Shown here: positions 36,287-46,786 of the stretch, piece by piece
How the letters are laid out: each line of letters begins with the position of its first letter
How positions within the stretch are numbered: the stretch's first letter is position 1
Origin: Phycisphaerae bacterium
GTDB lineage: Bacteria; Planctomycetota; Phycisphaerae; UBA1845
Direction of reading: 5' to 3'
Assembly: GCA_963666835.2 (NCBI GenBank)
Contig: CAXXGO010000006.1
Coordinates: forward strand, 2,240,001 to 2,304,000
DNA length: 64,000 bases
Notes under the pieces: generated by a model
What the model was told of the DNA's origin: nothing
The model's database searches: none
Seen by the model: the letters and a program-made list of their open reading frames with translations, nothing else
Made by a program: the position numbers and the translations under genes

Positions 36287-37220
36287 CGAAGGCGTAGGCC
36301 ACGTGCTCCGGGGCGGCGGGAGTCGGCTGGGCTGCCGGCCGCCCAAAGCAAGTCAGTTTGAAGCGACCGAAGGTTGCTCAGTTCTGTTGACCGCTGAGAC
36401 AGGGGCGGTCTGTGGTGCTGAGGTTCTATTATCGGGTTGTGACGTTTGTGGGCGGATTTGTTGCATTCTTGCGGTAGTGTTAATATTGGCTGGTTCAGGG
36501 GAAGATCTTGCAGTTTGGCGGTAACGAGTTTGTTTGATATCGGGCTGTGTGAGGCGAGATCAGCGGCTTCTACTCGGCAGTTCTGTGCGGGGAATCGAGG
36601 TTGCTTGACTTGTGACCCTGGCATTGCTAAATTAGGACAGTTCCTAGGTGCTCCTGCGTGGTGTGCCGGGACGGTCAGAGGATGGCGCTGTATAAAGCAG
36701 ACCATTTCAATTGTAATTGCCTGCGGACAGCGGTTTTGGATTGGTACGTGCGGACGGCGCGTATACGATACAGACTGGCGGTGTATGCACGCGCCTAGGT
36801 AGAAGCCGGCATTCCGGTTGAATCTTGTGGTGTGCCCTAGTGGTTGGCTACATGTCAGTCGTTGGCGCTGCAGGGCTTTCGGAACGCCTGTGGCGGGTAC
36901 TGTGGCTACCTATCTTGGGGCTGGTTATGAGGGGAAGTCGGGCTCGTTACTGTGGTAGCGAAGTTGCGTTGGAAACGATGGAGGATTTGTCTCGGTCGGC
37001 GTGCAGTGAGGTGGTAAGGACCGAATTAGCTGCCCCGGATCGGATCCGGGAGAGGTGATTCAGGGTTTCGGCAGGTGTGCGAATCACACTGCGGTTCGGC
37101 GTTTATGGTTGCGCGGGGACGGGCGATAAGCCGGTCTTTTGGGCACCGCGATTGTGGTGGAATTGTCGTGAGGCACAGAGTCAAGCCCGCGTCCGTAAGT
37201 AATGGCGGTCGTGGGTTTCT

Positions 37221-37745
37221 TTGGAGTTTCTGATGGTAGCAGTCTCGCCGATAAGTGATATTGTCGCCCGGTGGTGGTTGGTCCACACCAAGCCTCGCCA
37301 CGAGAAGGCTCTGGCAGCAGACCTGGATCGCAAGGGTATCGCCCACTTTCTTCCTCTGGTGCATGTTAAGAGACGTCACGCGGGTCGCGTGTTCGACGTT
37401 CGTCTACCCCTTTTCCCAGGCTACCTTTTTTTGAGCGGCACGGAAGAAGAGCGTTGTGCGGCGTTGATGACGTCTCGAACGGTGAATGTGATCAAGGTGG
37501 CAGATCAGGAGGCACTCCGGCGAGACCTGCAGGACGTGTACCGCATTACCGTCAGCAAGGAGCCGGTGGATCTGTATCCCGGGATCCGAGAGGGCCGTCG
37601 TTGTCGTGTGATCGGTGGTCCTCTTAAGGGTCTTGAGGGAGTGGTCCTTCGCCGGCGCGAGGTGTCTCGCGTGTATGTAGCCGTCCACGCGTTGCTGCAG
37701 TCGGCGGAAGTTGAGATAGACGTGTCGCTGCTCGAACCAGTTTAG
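37221..37745 (+). CDS. NusG-paralog antiterminator (RfaH/UpxY-like)
   Basis: WWLVHTKPRHEKAL, PLFPGYLF, KOW-like RVIGGPLKGLEG; heads a long polysaccharide operon. Confidence 0.88.
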   Translation: MEFLMVAVSPISDIVARWWLVHTKPRHEKALAADLDRKGIAHFLPLVHVKRRHAGRVFDVRLPLFPGYLFLSGTEEERCAALMTSRTVNVIKVADQEALRRDLQDVYRITVSKEPVDLYPGIREGRRCRVIGGPLKGLEGVVLRRREVSRVYVAVHALLQSAEVEIDVSLLEPV

Positions 37746-37992
37746 CCGCGTTCGTCGCCCTAAAGTCTTGTGCGGAAGTTGGTTACGTTCGATTCGGGAG
37801 CGTAGCTGAGGGGGACGAAGTCTGCCCGGACCACGTTAGGCTGCCCTAGATTCGGGTCTTGGCTTACGGGGCGCGTCGCCGGCATGATCGGACGCTGAAC
37901 GGTCCTCCTTTCGGTGGCACGTAGGTTGGACGTCGGTTGTTCTTGCGTATTCCAATGCCGCCGTTGCGGCACTGAACGAACGAGGTGTACGG

Positions 37993-40029
37993 TTGCAGTC
38001 TCTAAGGTGGTACGCGCGACGCATCGGGGCCATGTCATCGGGAGAGGTGTGGTGGCGCGTGGGTGCTGCGCTTCAGGGGCTTGCGGACCGCTGCGTTCTG
38101 GGAGCTCGACAGAGGTCTATTCCTCTTTCGGAGCTTGCTGACGGGGAAGCAGGATTATCGGGACTGCGTCCATGCACGATTGGTGACCGGGCGCGGCAAA
38201 ACGGTGAGGCCGCCGATTCGTCGCCGGTAGTCGTTCGTTGGCGAGAGAACGTGACCGAACGGGCGGACAAGCTGCTTGATAATCGGTTGACGCTCTTCGA
38301 TTTGGAGGATCATGTTCTTGGGCCTGAGGTAGACTGGAACTACGAATACGAAGCACGGAAGGCGACCCCGCGGACGTTCGCCGCCGGAATCGATTACCGG
38401 GACCATACGGTTGCCGGTGACGCCAAGGTGGCATGGGAGCCGAGCCGGCATCAGCATCTGGTGGTGCTGGCCCGAGCTTATCGGCTGACCGGACGCCGTT
38501 GTTACGCGGAAAAGGTCATTCAGCAGCTAGAGAGTTGGATCCGCCAGTGTCCCTACGGACAGGGCATGAACTGGCGCAGTCCGCTCGAGCTGGCGATTCG
38601 CATTATCAACTGGGTGTGGGCTCTGGAGCTGATTGTGCCGTCGAAGGTCGTGACTTCACACCATCTTGACCGGCTGCTTCCGGTGGTCTACCGCCATGTG
38701 TGGGATATTTCCCGGAAGTATTCGCGGTATTCGTCGGCGAACAATCACTTGGTTGGAGAGGCTGCCGGCGTGTTCATCGCCAGCAGCTACTTTGCCGGTT
38801 TCAAGAGCGCGGATGCCTGGACCAAGGAGAGTCGGGCGATTCTCATGCGGGAGATCGCCAGGCAAGCGTTGGATGACGGCGGACATTGTGAACTGGCGAT
38901 GGGATACCACATGTTCGTCCTCGAGTTCTTCTTGCTGGCGGGTCTGGCGGCACGGAGTACGGACTGCGACTTCTCGCGGGAGTACTGGGAACGATTGGAG
39001 CGCATGTTTGAGTTTCTCGCTGCGTTCACCGCGGGGGGCGAGCAGACACCGATGTTCGGTGATTGTGACGACGGTTACGTTCTTGACCTTGGCGGAGATG
39101 GAGACCGCGCCCGCAGTCTGCTGGCTATCGGTGCCACGGTTTTTGAGCGAAGTGATTTCAAGGCGGTCTCGGGAGATTCCGGCGAGCCCGTGTACTGGCT
39201 GCTCGGCGATGCGGGGTATAAGGCGTTTGCGAAGATCGATGCCGCAGGTGCGTCGGGCTCGATCGAGTCGCACGCGTTTAGTGATTCCGGTTATTATCTT
39301 CTTCAGTCCGGTGAGCGCGGGGGCTTGAACTCGATCAGCGTGACCTTCGACTGTGGTGATGTCGGGTTCGGTGCACTCGCGGCGCACGCCCATGCGGACG
39401 CGCTGAGTTTTACCCTGCGAGTTTGCGGTACGGATGTTTTCGTTGACCCGGGGACTTACGATTACTTCACGTATCCTCGATGGCGCGATTATTTCAGAAG
39501 CACGCAGGCACATAATACGATTGTCGTGGACGGCGTGGACCAGTCGGAGATGCTCGGACCTTTTCTCTGGGGGCGTCGAGCTCGCGCCCGGTGTCTGCAC
39601 TGGGCCCCGTCCGCGTTCGGGGGCACCGTTAGCGGCGAGCACGACGGATACGGTTGTCTTGATGATCCGGTTTCTCACCGGCGGGCGATAACTCTGGACA
39701 GTCGCAGCTCAGAGGTAGTCGTACATGACGAGCTCAGCGGTGCCGGGACGCACGCCGCCGCCATGTACCTGCACGTGGCGGAGAATTGTCAGGTTTGTGG
39801 GGGCGCCGGAAACCGGTATGAAATCGACTGCGGGCGAAGTGCCGTTGTTGTACGACTCAACCCCGACCTCGAGGTTGACGTTGTCAAAGGGAGCGACGAG
39901 CCGATCTTGGGTTGGGTGAGTCGCCGATACCACAGCAAGGAGCCCGGCACGACTATTGTCGCCCGTTGTCGGTGGACGGGCAGCGTTACGTTGGACACTC
40001 GGATGACCGTTAAGGCGGAGCGGTTATGA
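37993..40029 (+). CDS. Heparinase II/III-like protein
   Basis: WEPSRHQHL, ANNHLVGE, FGDCDDG, AHAHADALSF, DPGTYDY, HNTIVVDG. Confidence 0.88.
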   Translation: MQSLRWYARRIGAMSSGEVWWRVGAALQGLADRCVLGARQRSIPLSELADGEAGLSGLRPCTIGDRARQNGEAADSSPVVVRWRENVTERADKLLDNRLTLFDLEDHVLGPEVDWNYEYEARKATPRTFAAGIDYRDHTVAGDAKVAWEPSRHQHLVVLARAYRLTGRRCYAEKVIQQLESWIRQCPYGQGMNWRSPLELAIRIINWVWALELIVPSKVVTSHHLDRLLPVVYRHVWDISRKYSRYSSANNHLVGEAAGVFIASSYFAGFKSADAWTKESRAILMREIARQALDDGGHCELAMGYHMFVLEFFLLAGLAARSTDCDFSREYWERLERMFEFLAAFTAGGEQTPMFGDCDDGYVLDLGGDGDRARSLLAIGATVFERSDFKAVSGDSGEPVYWLLGDAGYKAFAKIDAAGASGSIESHAFSDSGYYLLQSGERGGLNSISVTFDCGDVGFGALAAHAHADALSFTLRVCGTDVFVDPGTYDYFTYPRWRDYFRSTQAHNTIVVDGVDQSEMLGPFLWGRRARARCLHWAPSAFGGTVSGEHDGYGCLDDPVSHRRAITLDSRSSEVVVHDELSGAGTHAAAMYLHVAENCQVCGGAGNRYEIDCGRSAVVVRLNPDLEVDVVKGSDEPILGWVSRRYHSKEPGTTIVARCRWTGSVTLDTRMTVKAERL

Positions 40030-40116
40030 CACTGGTTGGGGCTGGTACGGTTTCGGAGAGCGGGTTCGGGAAGCGCACGTCACGGACGTCTTTCGCCGTA
40101 TGAGAGGACGAGAGAA

Positions 40117-41247
40117 ATGTCAGTCAAATCACGACCGACAGATGCCGCATATGGAAGAGAGGGTACGAAGCTGCCTGCACAGAACGAATACGGCAGGGGT
40201 TCTGCGGAGGTATCGGGGATCATTCTGGCGGGTGTCCACAGTTGGGGGCACGGAGCGCTGGAGGGTATGGTATGCAGACCTCTGCTGCCGGTCGCGGGTC
40301 GCCCGCTTATTGAGCATGTCATAACCTGGCTCCGGCGGGAAGGGATCAGCGGAGCGGTTGTCTGCGCAAACAGCGATACGGGCGTTCTGCGCGGGAGCCT
40401 CGGGGATGGGAAAGCTCTGGGGGTCTCCCTGGCGTACTACGAAGATGAAATGCCCAGAGGTCCGGCGGGGTGTGCGCGCGATGCGGCTGGGGTGGTCGGA
40501 GGCAAGGTGTTTGTGGTGGCGGAAGGCGCCATCGTGCCAAGAGTCGATCTTGCGAAGCTGCTGGAGGCCCACCACCGTCGAGAGGCGGCGCTTACGGTAG
40601 TAATGGCGGAAAGCGATTCGACCGGTGAGCGCGCCGGGTCGATGTCGGAGCCGGCGGGCATCTACCTATTCTCGGCGGCGGCGTTGGAGCACGTGCCTGC
40701 GACTGGTTATCAAGACATAAAGGAGACGCTGATCCCGCGCCTGCACGCGCAGGGCAAGCGTGTGGTGATCGAGACTGTTGCGGGGGGGCTTGCTCCGCGA
40801 GTGACGGGGGCGGCATCGTATTTGGCGGTGAATATGTGGGCTACGCAACGGATGGACGAAGAAGCGGCGACGCGCGGCGGTTACACCCGAGTCGAGGGTG
40901 GTTGGGTACACCGGTCCGCCTTGGTTGATGAGACTGCCCGGATTATCGGGTCGGCGGTAGTCGGTCCGGAGACCGTGGTCGGCCCTGAAGCGATGATTGC
41001 CGGCCCCGCGACGGTCGGTCCGGGATGTAGGATAGAGCATCGCAGCATAGTCAGCCGCTCTGCGGTTTGGGGTCGATGCACAATAGGCGCGAGTGCAATT
41101 GTGGATAGCAGCGTTCTCGCAGATGACACGCACATAGAACCCGAGCTGGTCGTGCGAAACACTGTGATTACTCCTAAGCGCCGCTCGCGTTATGAGTTTG
41201 TCAATAGGCTGGCTGCTTATCGTCAGGGGATGCGCAACCGGACATGA
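40117..41247 (+). CDS. NDP-sugar synthase-like protein (nucleotidyltransferase + left-handed beta-helix), degenerate motifs; start uncertain
   Basis: GIILAG...RPLLPVAGRPLI, PRGPAG, hexapeptide repeats. Confidence 0.75.
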   Translation: MSVKSRPTDAAYGREGTKLPAQNEYGRGSAEVSGIILAGVHSWGHGALEGMVCRPLLPVAGRPLIEHVITWLRREGISGAVVCANSDTGVLRGSLGDGKALGVSLAYYEDEMPRGPAGCARDAAGVVGGKVFVVAEGAIVPRVDLAKLLEAHHRREAALTVVMAESDSTGERAGSMSEPAGIYLFSAAALEHVPATGYQDIKETLIPRLHAQGKRVVIETVAGGLAPRVTGAASYLAVNMWATQRMDEEAATRGGYTRVEGGWVHRSALVDETARIIGSAVVGPETVVGPEAMIAGPATVGPGCRIEHRSIVSRSAVWGRCTIGASAIVDSSVLADDTHIEPELVVRNTVITPKRRSRYEFVNRLAAYRQGMRNRT

Positions 41248-41394
41248 ACCGGAGAGCGGGTCATCAATGACAGGGTCTGAGGGATTGTGGGGAGAAGCTT
41301 TGCTGACGCAAGGGGCGAGTGAATCGTCGGCGGACGGGACGATCGGCCCGGTGAGCCGGCGGCGTTCGTTCTTGCTGGGGGGGACGGGATTACG

Positions 41395-43752
41395 ATGGTA
41401 GAACCAGAAGGACGGCAATCTGAATCTTCGCAGGGGGGAAAGGTTCGCGGCGAAATCGTCCCGGTTGAGGTCGGCGGGGCTTTGCCGATTGAGGCGACCG
41501 GCGATCCGGGTTACGGGCTGTTCGGCGGTTTGCCCTCGGGACCGCATGCGCCGGTGCCGGGTTTCTCGATTTCCATGTTGTTGCGGTCAAAGCTGTTGAT
41601 CTTTGCGGTGTTTGTTGTCGTGGCGGCGATGGCGATTCCCTGCATATGGTTGTTTATGGTGCCGGAGTATCGGGCGACGGCAACCGTTCGGGTGTCGCCG
41701 GTAGTCTCGCGGATTGTCTTCAGAACCGAAGACAATGGAATGGTGCCACTTTACCAATCGTACCTTAACACGCAGGTTTCCGTAGTACACAGTCCTACGG
41801 TGCTTCAACGTGTTCTCGATCTGGAGAGTGTGCGCGCAACGGCCTGGTACCGCAGGGATGCCGGTTCCTTGATGTCCATGCTCAGAGCCCCACTCAGTTC
41901 CTTGGAGCGGCTCAAGGACGACTTGTCGATCAGGCCGCGGCGGAACACGGAGTTGATTGACGTATCAATGACTGCGATGGAATCGGCAGATGCGGCACTG
42001 ATCGTCAATGCGGTCGTTGATGAGTACAAGAAACTCAGTGACGAGACCATGCGCGAGAGTGACATCCATCGGCTCGAGATGTTGACCAGCGAACGTGCGG
42101 CTCTTCAGAGAGAGATCGACGGAATCGTGGCCACGAAGTTCAATCTGTCCAAACGACTGGGCACGACCGGTTCCGAGGAGCTTCGTTCGCAGCTAAGTAG
42201 TCACCTAAGCTCGCTGGAAGCGGAAGAAGAACGATTGCAGCGCGAACTCGCGATGGCCCAATGGGAGCTGGAGATCTTGCCGGTGCCGAGCCGGGACGAA
42301 GACGTTGATACTGTTGATACTGATGGGAGCGACGCCGAGGATCCCCGCGAGGACTCGCAGCTTAGATATGCGGCGGATGTTGAGTGGCGTGGGTTGAATT
42401 CCGGTCTTGATATGGCCCGCCACGAATTGGAACTTGCCCGGAAACGCTATGGAGAGGCCCATCCTCGTATCGTGGAACTGATTGCAAGCGTAGACTACGC
42501 TGAGAGGATGTTGCGCGAGCGGGAGGCTCAACTGGCCCAAGAATGGGACGGGGACGTTCCTCAAGTCGCTTCGACTACCGTCGGAACGGTCGGGCCCGGC
42601 AGTCGAGCCGGCCTCGAGCGGCAGGCGCAGAGGTTGGAGCGGCAAATCGGACTACTTAGCGAGGAGATTCAACGCCAACGCAACAGGGTCGCCGAGGCCG
42701 GTGATGTGGCTAAGGATATTGCCCACTACGACGAGGAGATTCGGTACAAACGCGAGCTGTACGATGCGGTCCGTTCTCGCCTGAGTCAACTGGATATGGA
42801 GAGCAAGGCGACGGCGCGGATTTCGGTGGCAGCCCATGCCATCGCACCGACACAACCGCACCGTGACCGTCGGATTCTCTTGAGTGTGATGGCATTGGCA
42901 GGAGCATTGGCAGCCGGGCTGGCGGTCGGCTACCTGCGCGTGAGTACCGACCCGAGAATCCGTGAGGTGAGTGATATTCGTCCCGCCGGTCGGATCCCGT
43001 TCCTTGGGGAGCTGCCGCCGTTTCCTAAATCGATGGACCTTATGGCGGACTGCGACCCTGCCATCACGGAGGGAGTGCGGATGGTACGTACGGCCTTGCT
43101 GGCGCGCCTTGCTGATACGGGCAGCCGTGTGGTCCTGATTACAAGTTCATCAAGTGGGGCAGGCAAGACGAGTGTGGCTGTGATGTTGAGTCGAAGCCTG
43201 GCGCAGGTCGGGAAGCGGACCTTGCTGGTCGAGGCGGATCTTCGCCGGCCGTCGTTATCCGGTTACCTGAAGCTCAAGCCGAGTCCGGGGCTGGCGGCAT
43301 CGTTGAACGGATCGATCGATGATTCGGCGGCGATCATCTCGACCGGTGTGCCCGGCTTCGATGTGCTGCCTGCGGGCGACTGTCCGGCTGATGTCGACTC
43401 AGATCTTCTCGCCAATGGCGTTTTTTCGGCGTGCTTGGATCGCTGGAAGAAGTCGTACGACTACGTGTTATTGGACAGTCCGCCGTTTTTGCCGGTTGCT
43501 GATTCTCGGATGCTCGCCGCTCAGGCCGATGGTACTATCATGGTGCTGAGGATGGCACATTGCCGCCGAACGGAGGTGGTCGAGGCGTATGCCGGGCTGG
43601 GAACGGGAGGCGGCACGCTACTGGGGACCGTCTTGCTCGGCAGCGCCCGCCGTCGCTCAGACTACGGGTATTACGGTGGCTATTATACCCCTTCGTCCGT
43701 TGGTTCCGGACCGTTGGAAACGCAGGAACCGGGTGGGCCCCGGAATGGCTAG
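41395..43752 (+). CDS. wzc: Polysaccharide co-polymerase/tyrosine autokinase
   Basis: Two TMs, coiled coil, Walker A SSGAGKTS, EADLRRP, LLDSPP, Tyr tail DYGYYGGYY. Confidence 0.9.
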   Translation: MVEPEGRQSESSQGGKVRGEIVPVEVGGALPIEATGDPGYGLFGGLPSGPHAPVPGFSISMLLRSKLLIFAVFVVVAAMAIPCIWLFMVPEYRATATVRVSPVVSRIVFRTEDNGMVPLYQSYLNTQVSVVHSPTVLQRVLDLESVRATAWYRRDAGSLMSMLRAPLSSLERLKDDLSIRPRRNTELIDVSMTAMESADAALIVNAVVDEYKKLSDETMRESDIHRLEMLTSERAALQREIDGIVATKFNLSKRLGTTGSEELRSQLSSHLSSLEAEEERLQRELAMAQWELEILPVPSRDEDVDTVDTDGSDAEDPREDSQLRYAADVEWRGLNSGLDMARHELELARKRYGEAHPRIVELIASVDYAERMLREREAQLAQEWDGDVPQVASTTVGTVGPGSRAGLERQAQRLERQIGLLSEEIQRQRNRVAEAGDVAKDIAHYDEEIRYKRELYDAVRSRLSQLDMESKATARISVAAHAIAPTQPHRDRRILLSVMALAGALAAGLAVGYLRVSTDPRIREVSDIRPAGRIPFLGELPPFPKSMDLMADCDPAITEGVRMVRTALLARLADTGSRVVLITSSSSGAGKTSVAVMLSRSLAQVGKRTLLVEADLRRPSLSGYLKLKPSPGLAASLNGSIDDSAAIISTGVPGFDVLPAGDCPADVDSDLLANGVFSACLDRWKKSYDYVLLDSPPFLPVADSRMLAAQADGTIMVLRMAHCRRTEVVEAYAGLGTGGGTLLGTVLLGSARRRSDYGYYGGYYTPSSVGSGPLETQEPGGPRNG

Positions 43753-43754
43753 CT

Positions 43755-45518
43755 TTGCTTTCCCTGGTCATTGATCATCAGGCTCCGTACTTGTCCTCCT
43801 CTTGTGGCGTGGTCTCGCTCGCGGCCTTGCCCTTTGGTACCGGTTCCTTCCTAGATCACGTTGCCACGACGATGGCCGGCGTTGCTGACGGGGATCTGTT
43901 GGTAATGCCGGCCTTTCAACCCGGCTCGGAGTATAAAGAGGCGATCGAAAGCAGCACGTCGCGCGGTATCAAAGTCATCTCGCCTGAGACCCTGCCTGCT
44001 GTACTGAGTGAATGTGAGCCTGCGGATTTTCTGCTCGCCGTGGATCTGGCACGTTGGCCGGGGGGCGGCTTTGATCTTGCGGAGATGACGCGCGATCACT
44101 GCGAGTATCGGGGGGCTTCGCACGTCGTAGCGATCGGATCCGGTGCTGACAACACGCGTGAACACGTCGAGCGCGATGGGCAGGGTGCGGTAAGGCGGGT
44201 ACAGCGGCTCTACGACAGGATAAGTTGGCCGGAGGTTGCGGCGAAGGCGGTGTTCCTTTCGTTTGCGCCGGCTCGAGTGGTTGGTGACACGCGTTTTGGA
44301 TCGCTGGCCGAGCTGCGTTCGGCGCTCTCCGCCAAGGGCGTTTTGAGTCGTGACATACCTCTATCCTGCGATGTGCTTGATCTGCGGGAGGAAGCAGGCT
44401 TCTTAGCGCTTCACGAGCAGATGCTTGCAGCGGGGTTGCAACGCCGATACTCGGGCACTTCCACGAATGGTGGCGACATTGTGATCGGTCGCGGTTGTTC
44501 GATCGCTGAGTCAGCGCGAATGGTCGCGCCGATCATCATTCATGACAACGTGACCGTAGAAGAAGGGGCGACAATCATCGGTCCGGCGCTGGTGGCCACG
44601 GCGAGTCATGTTGGGCGGGGGTCGACCGTTGTGAATTCGATTCTGGCTCCGAACACAGTTGTGGATGATTGTGCGGCAGTAGTCCACCGTGTGGGCTCCG
44701 GGCGATGCTCAGGTTCGATGTCGGACAGCGACGTGCGGACGTACTGTTTTCTATCGCTTGAGCACGCGCAGAAGCAACAGCATACCGATGGCCGCATTGT
44801 GGCGATCCAACGCGGCAAGCAGAGATATCGAAGGATGCAGATGATCCTCAAACGGACCATCGATTTGGTGCTGGCTTCGATGGGGTTGGTGGTGTTCTCG
44901 CCGCTTCTGGTGCTCGTGGCGATTGCCATCAAGCTGGAATCACGTGGTCCGGTGTTGTTTTCGCACCGGCGCGAGCAGAGGAACGGGAAAGAGTTTCCGT
45001 GCCTGAAGTTCCGCACAATGTGCGCAGACGCCCACCGGCGGCAACGTGAGCTCTATAAGGACAATGAAGTCGACGGCCCGCAGTTCAAGATTAATCACGA
45101 CCCGCGACTGACTCGAATCGGCCCTCTTCTGCGATCAACGAACATTGACGAGCTTCCCCAGTTGGTCAACGTCGTATTGGGGCATATGAGCCTCGTCGGT
45201 CCCCGCCCGTCTCCGTTCAGGGAGAACCAGATTTGCGTACCGTGGCGACGTGCCAGGCTCTCCGTGAGGCCGGGCGTAACGGGTCTTTGGCAGCTTTGCC
45301 GAGACGATCGCGAAGGGGGGGACTTCCATCAGTGGATCTACTACGATTTAGTCTACGTGCGGAACCTGTCGGTGCGGCTTGACATTAAGATTCTTCTTGC
45401 CACCGTGTTAACCTTGGGGGGGAGGCACAACGCTCCTCTCTCCTGGTTTGTTCGCGGCGCAGATGTTGAACCGGACTTTTCCGAGGTTACGGTTGTTGAG
45501 GCGGCGGAAGCGCGTTAG
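43755..45518 (+). CDS. Priming sugar transferase with N-terminal degenerate nucleotidyltransferase/LbH region
   Basis: [46 protein letters not shown] start just after the wzc stop. Confidence 0.85.
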   Translation: MLSLVIDHQAPYLSSSCGVVSLAALPFGTGSFLDHVATTMAGVADGDLLVMPAFQPGSEYKEAIESSTSRGIKVISPETLPAVLSECEPADFLLAVDLARWPGGGFDLAEMTRDHCEYRGASHVVAIGSGADNTREHVERDGQGAVRRVQRLYDRISWPEVAAKAVFLSFAPARVVGDTRFGSLAELRSALSAKGVLSRDIPLSCDVLDLREEAGFLALHEQMLAAGLQRRYSGTSTNGGDIVIGRGCSIAESARMVAPIIIHDNVTVEEGATIIGPALVATASHVGRGSTVVNSILAPNTVVDDCAAVVHRVGSGRCSGSMSDSDVRTYCFLSLEHAQKQQHTDGRIVAIQRGKQRYRRMQMILKRTIDLVLASMGLVVFSPLLVLVAIAIKLESRGPVLFSHRREQRNGKEFPCLKFRTMCADAHRRQRELYKDNEVDGPQFKINHDPRLTRIGPLLRSTNIDELPQLVNVVLGHMSLVGPRPSPFRENQICVPWRRARLSVRPGVTGLWQLCRDDREGGDFHQWIYYDLVYVRNLSVRLDIKILLATVLTLGGRHNAPLSWFVRGADVEPDFSEVTVVEAAEAR

Positions 45519-45532
45519 ATCACCCCGAGAGG

Positions 45533-46786
45533 ATGGACCCCGGGGGCAGGCAGGCTGAAGAGTACCGGACAGGAAGAGGGAGTGTCATGGATATGGGCCT
45601 TCACCGATTGAATCGACAAGGCGCTGGGCGTCTTATGGAGTTCGGTTCCGTGATTCTGGTCGCGTGCACCCTGGCAGGCTGTACGGACCATCGCGTGAGC
45701 TTGGCGGATTTTCTGGCTATGCAGCAGGACGTACGCGAGATGAATTCGGCGCCCATGTCGGCCGAGGAGTTGGCGTCTGCGAGAGAGCTGATCGACCGGC
45801 AACTCGGACCGTATCGGGTAGGCCCGTCTGATGTACTCGTAGTCACGCTGACTAATGCCGATCAGACGGCGTTGTTTGCCCCGACCCCGGTACGCGTTGA
45901 CAGCAGCGGCGAAATCGACCTGCCGTTGGTCGGCGCGGTCAAGGTCGTTGACCTGGGACTCGAGGCCGTGGATGACGCCATCCGCAGCGCCTATGTGCCT
46001 GCGATTGTGAAGGACGCTGTCGTTCATGTCGAGCTGACCACCGCGAAACCCACGAATGTTATCGTTACGGGGGCGGTCACTTTGCCGGGCCTGGTTGCGC
46101 TTCGACGCACGGAGTGTAACCTCCTGTTCGCCATCGTCGGTGCCGGTGGGGCGTCAGAACTCGCGTCGGGGAAAGTGACCTTGCGGCGTATCCGGCGTCC
46201 CACGGAGGAGATTACGCTGGATCTCTCAGATCCAACGGAGCTGCGGGCCGCCTTGGCCTTGAAACCGTTGGAGGATGGGGACATTGTGAATGTGCATGCT
46301 GCGGCTCCGAATACGGTCTTTGTCGGGGGGTTGGTCAATGCCCCGCGTCCACAGGCCTATCCGCCGGGCGTGCAGGTGTCGATTCTGCAGGCCGTTGCTG
46401 CTGCCGGCGGGCTACGTGATGATCTCTGCGTAAAAGAGGGCACGCTGGTGCGACGTATGCCGAACGGGCGCGACGTACACGTAAAGCTCGCGCTGGACCG
46501 CATTGCGGACGGCCGGGATCCCAACATCCTGTTGGCGGCGGGGGACATCCTCTGGGTGCCGCATACGCTTGGGACAAGGGTCCAAGATTTCATCAACCGC
46601 AATGTCTTCCTGCGAGCCGGAGCCAGCGTGAACTACAACGTGACGGGGGTTGAGTATATGAACCGCCGCAGCCAGCAGACGTCTCGGTATAGTGGGAGCA
46701 CGGAGGATTCATACGATCCCTTCGGCTTCTTGACGCGCGGCGCCGCTCTGGAGAGTCTGGGGACGCAGGTCCCTCTCGTACCATGA
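45533..46786 (+). CDS. wza: Polysaccharide export lipoprotein with SLBB domains (true start probably further downstream)
   Basis: Lipobox TLAGC; YRVGPSDVL, VDSSGEIDLPLVG, LEDGDIV. Confidence 0.82.
   Translation: MDPGGRQAEEYRTGRGSVMDMGLHRLNRQGAGRLMEFGSVILVACTLAGCTDHRVSLADFLAMQQDVREMNSAPMSAEELASARELIDRQLGPYRVGPSDVLVVTLTNADQTALFAPTPVRVDSSGEIDLPLVGAVKVVDLGLEAVDDAIRSAYVPAIVKDAVVHVELTTAKPTNVIVTGAVTLPGLVALRRTECNLLFAIVGAGGASELASGKVTLRRIRRPTEEITLDLSDPTELRAALALKPLEDGDIVNVHAAAPNTVFVGGLVNAPRPQAYPPGVQVSILQAVAAAGGLRDDLCVKEGTLVRRMPNGRDVHVKLALDRIADGRDPNILLAAGDILWVPHTLGTRVQDFINRNVFLRAGASVNYNVTGVEYMNRRSQQTSRYSGSTEDSYDPFGFLTRGAALESLGTQVPLVP

Noticed and set aside
43745..43774. Frameshift at the start of the sugar transferase (out-of-frame ATG overlapping the wzc stop)
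   Set aside because: An in-frame TTG at 43755 gives an adequate start
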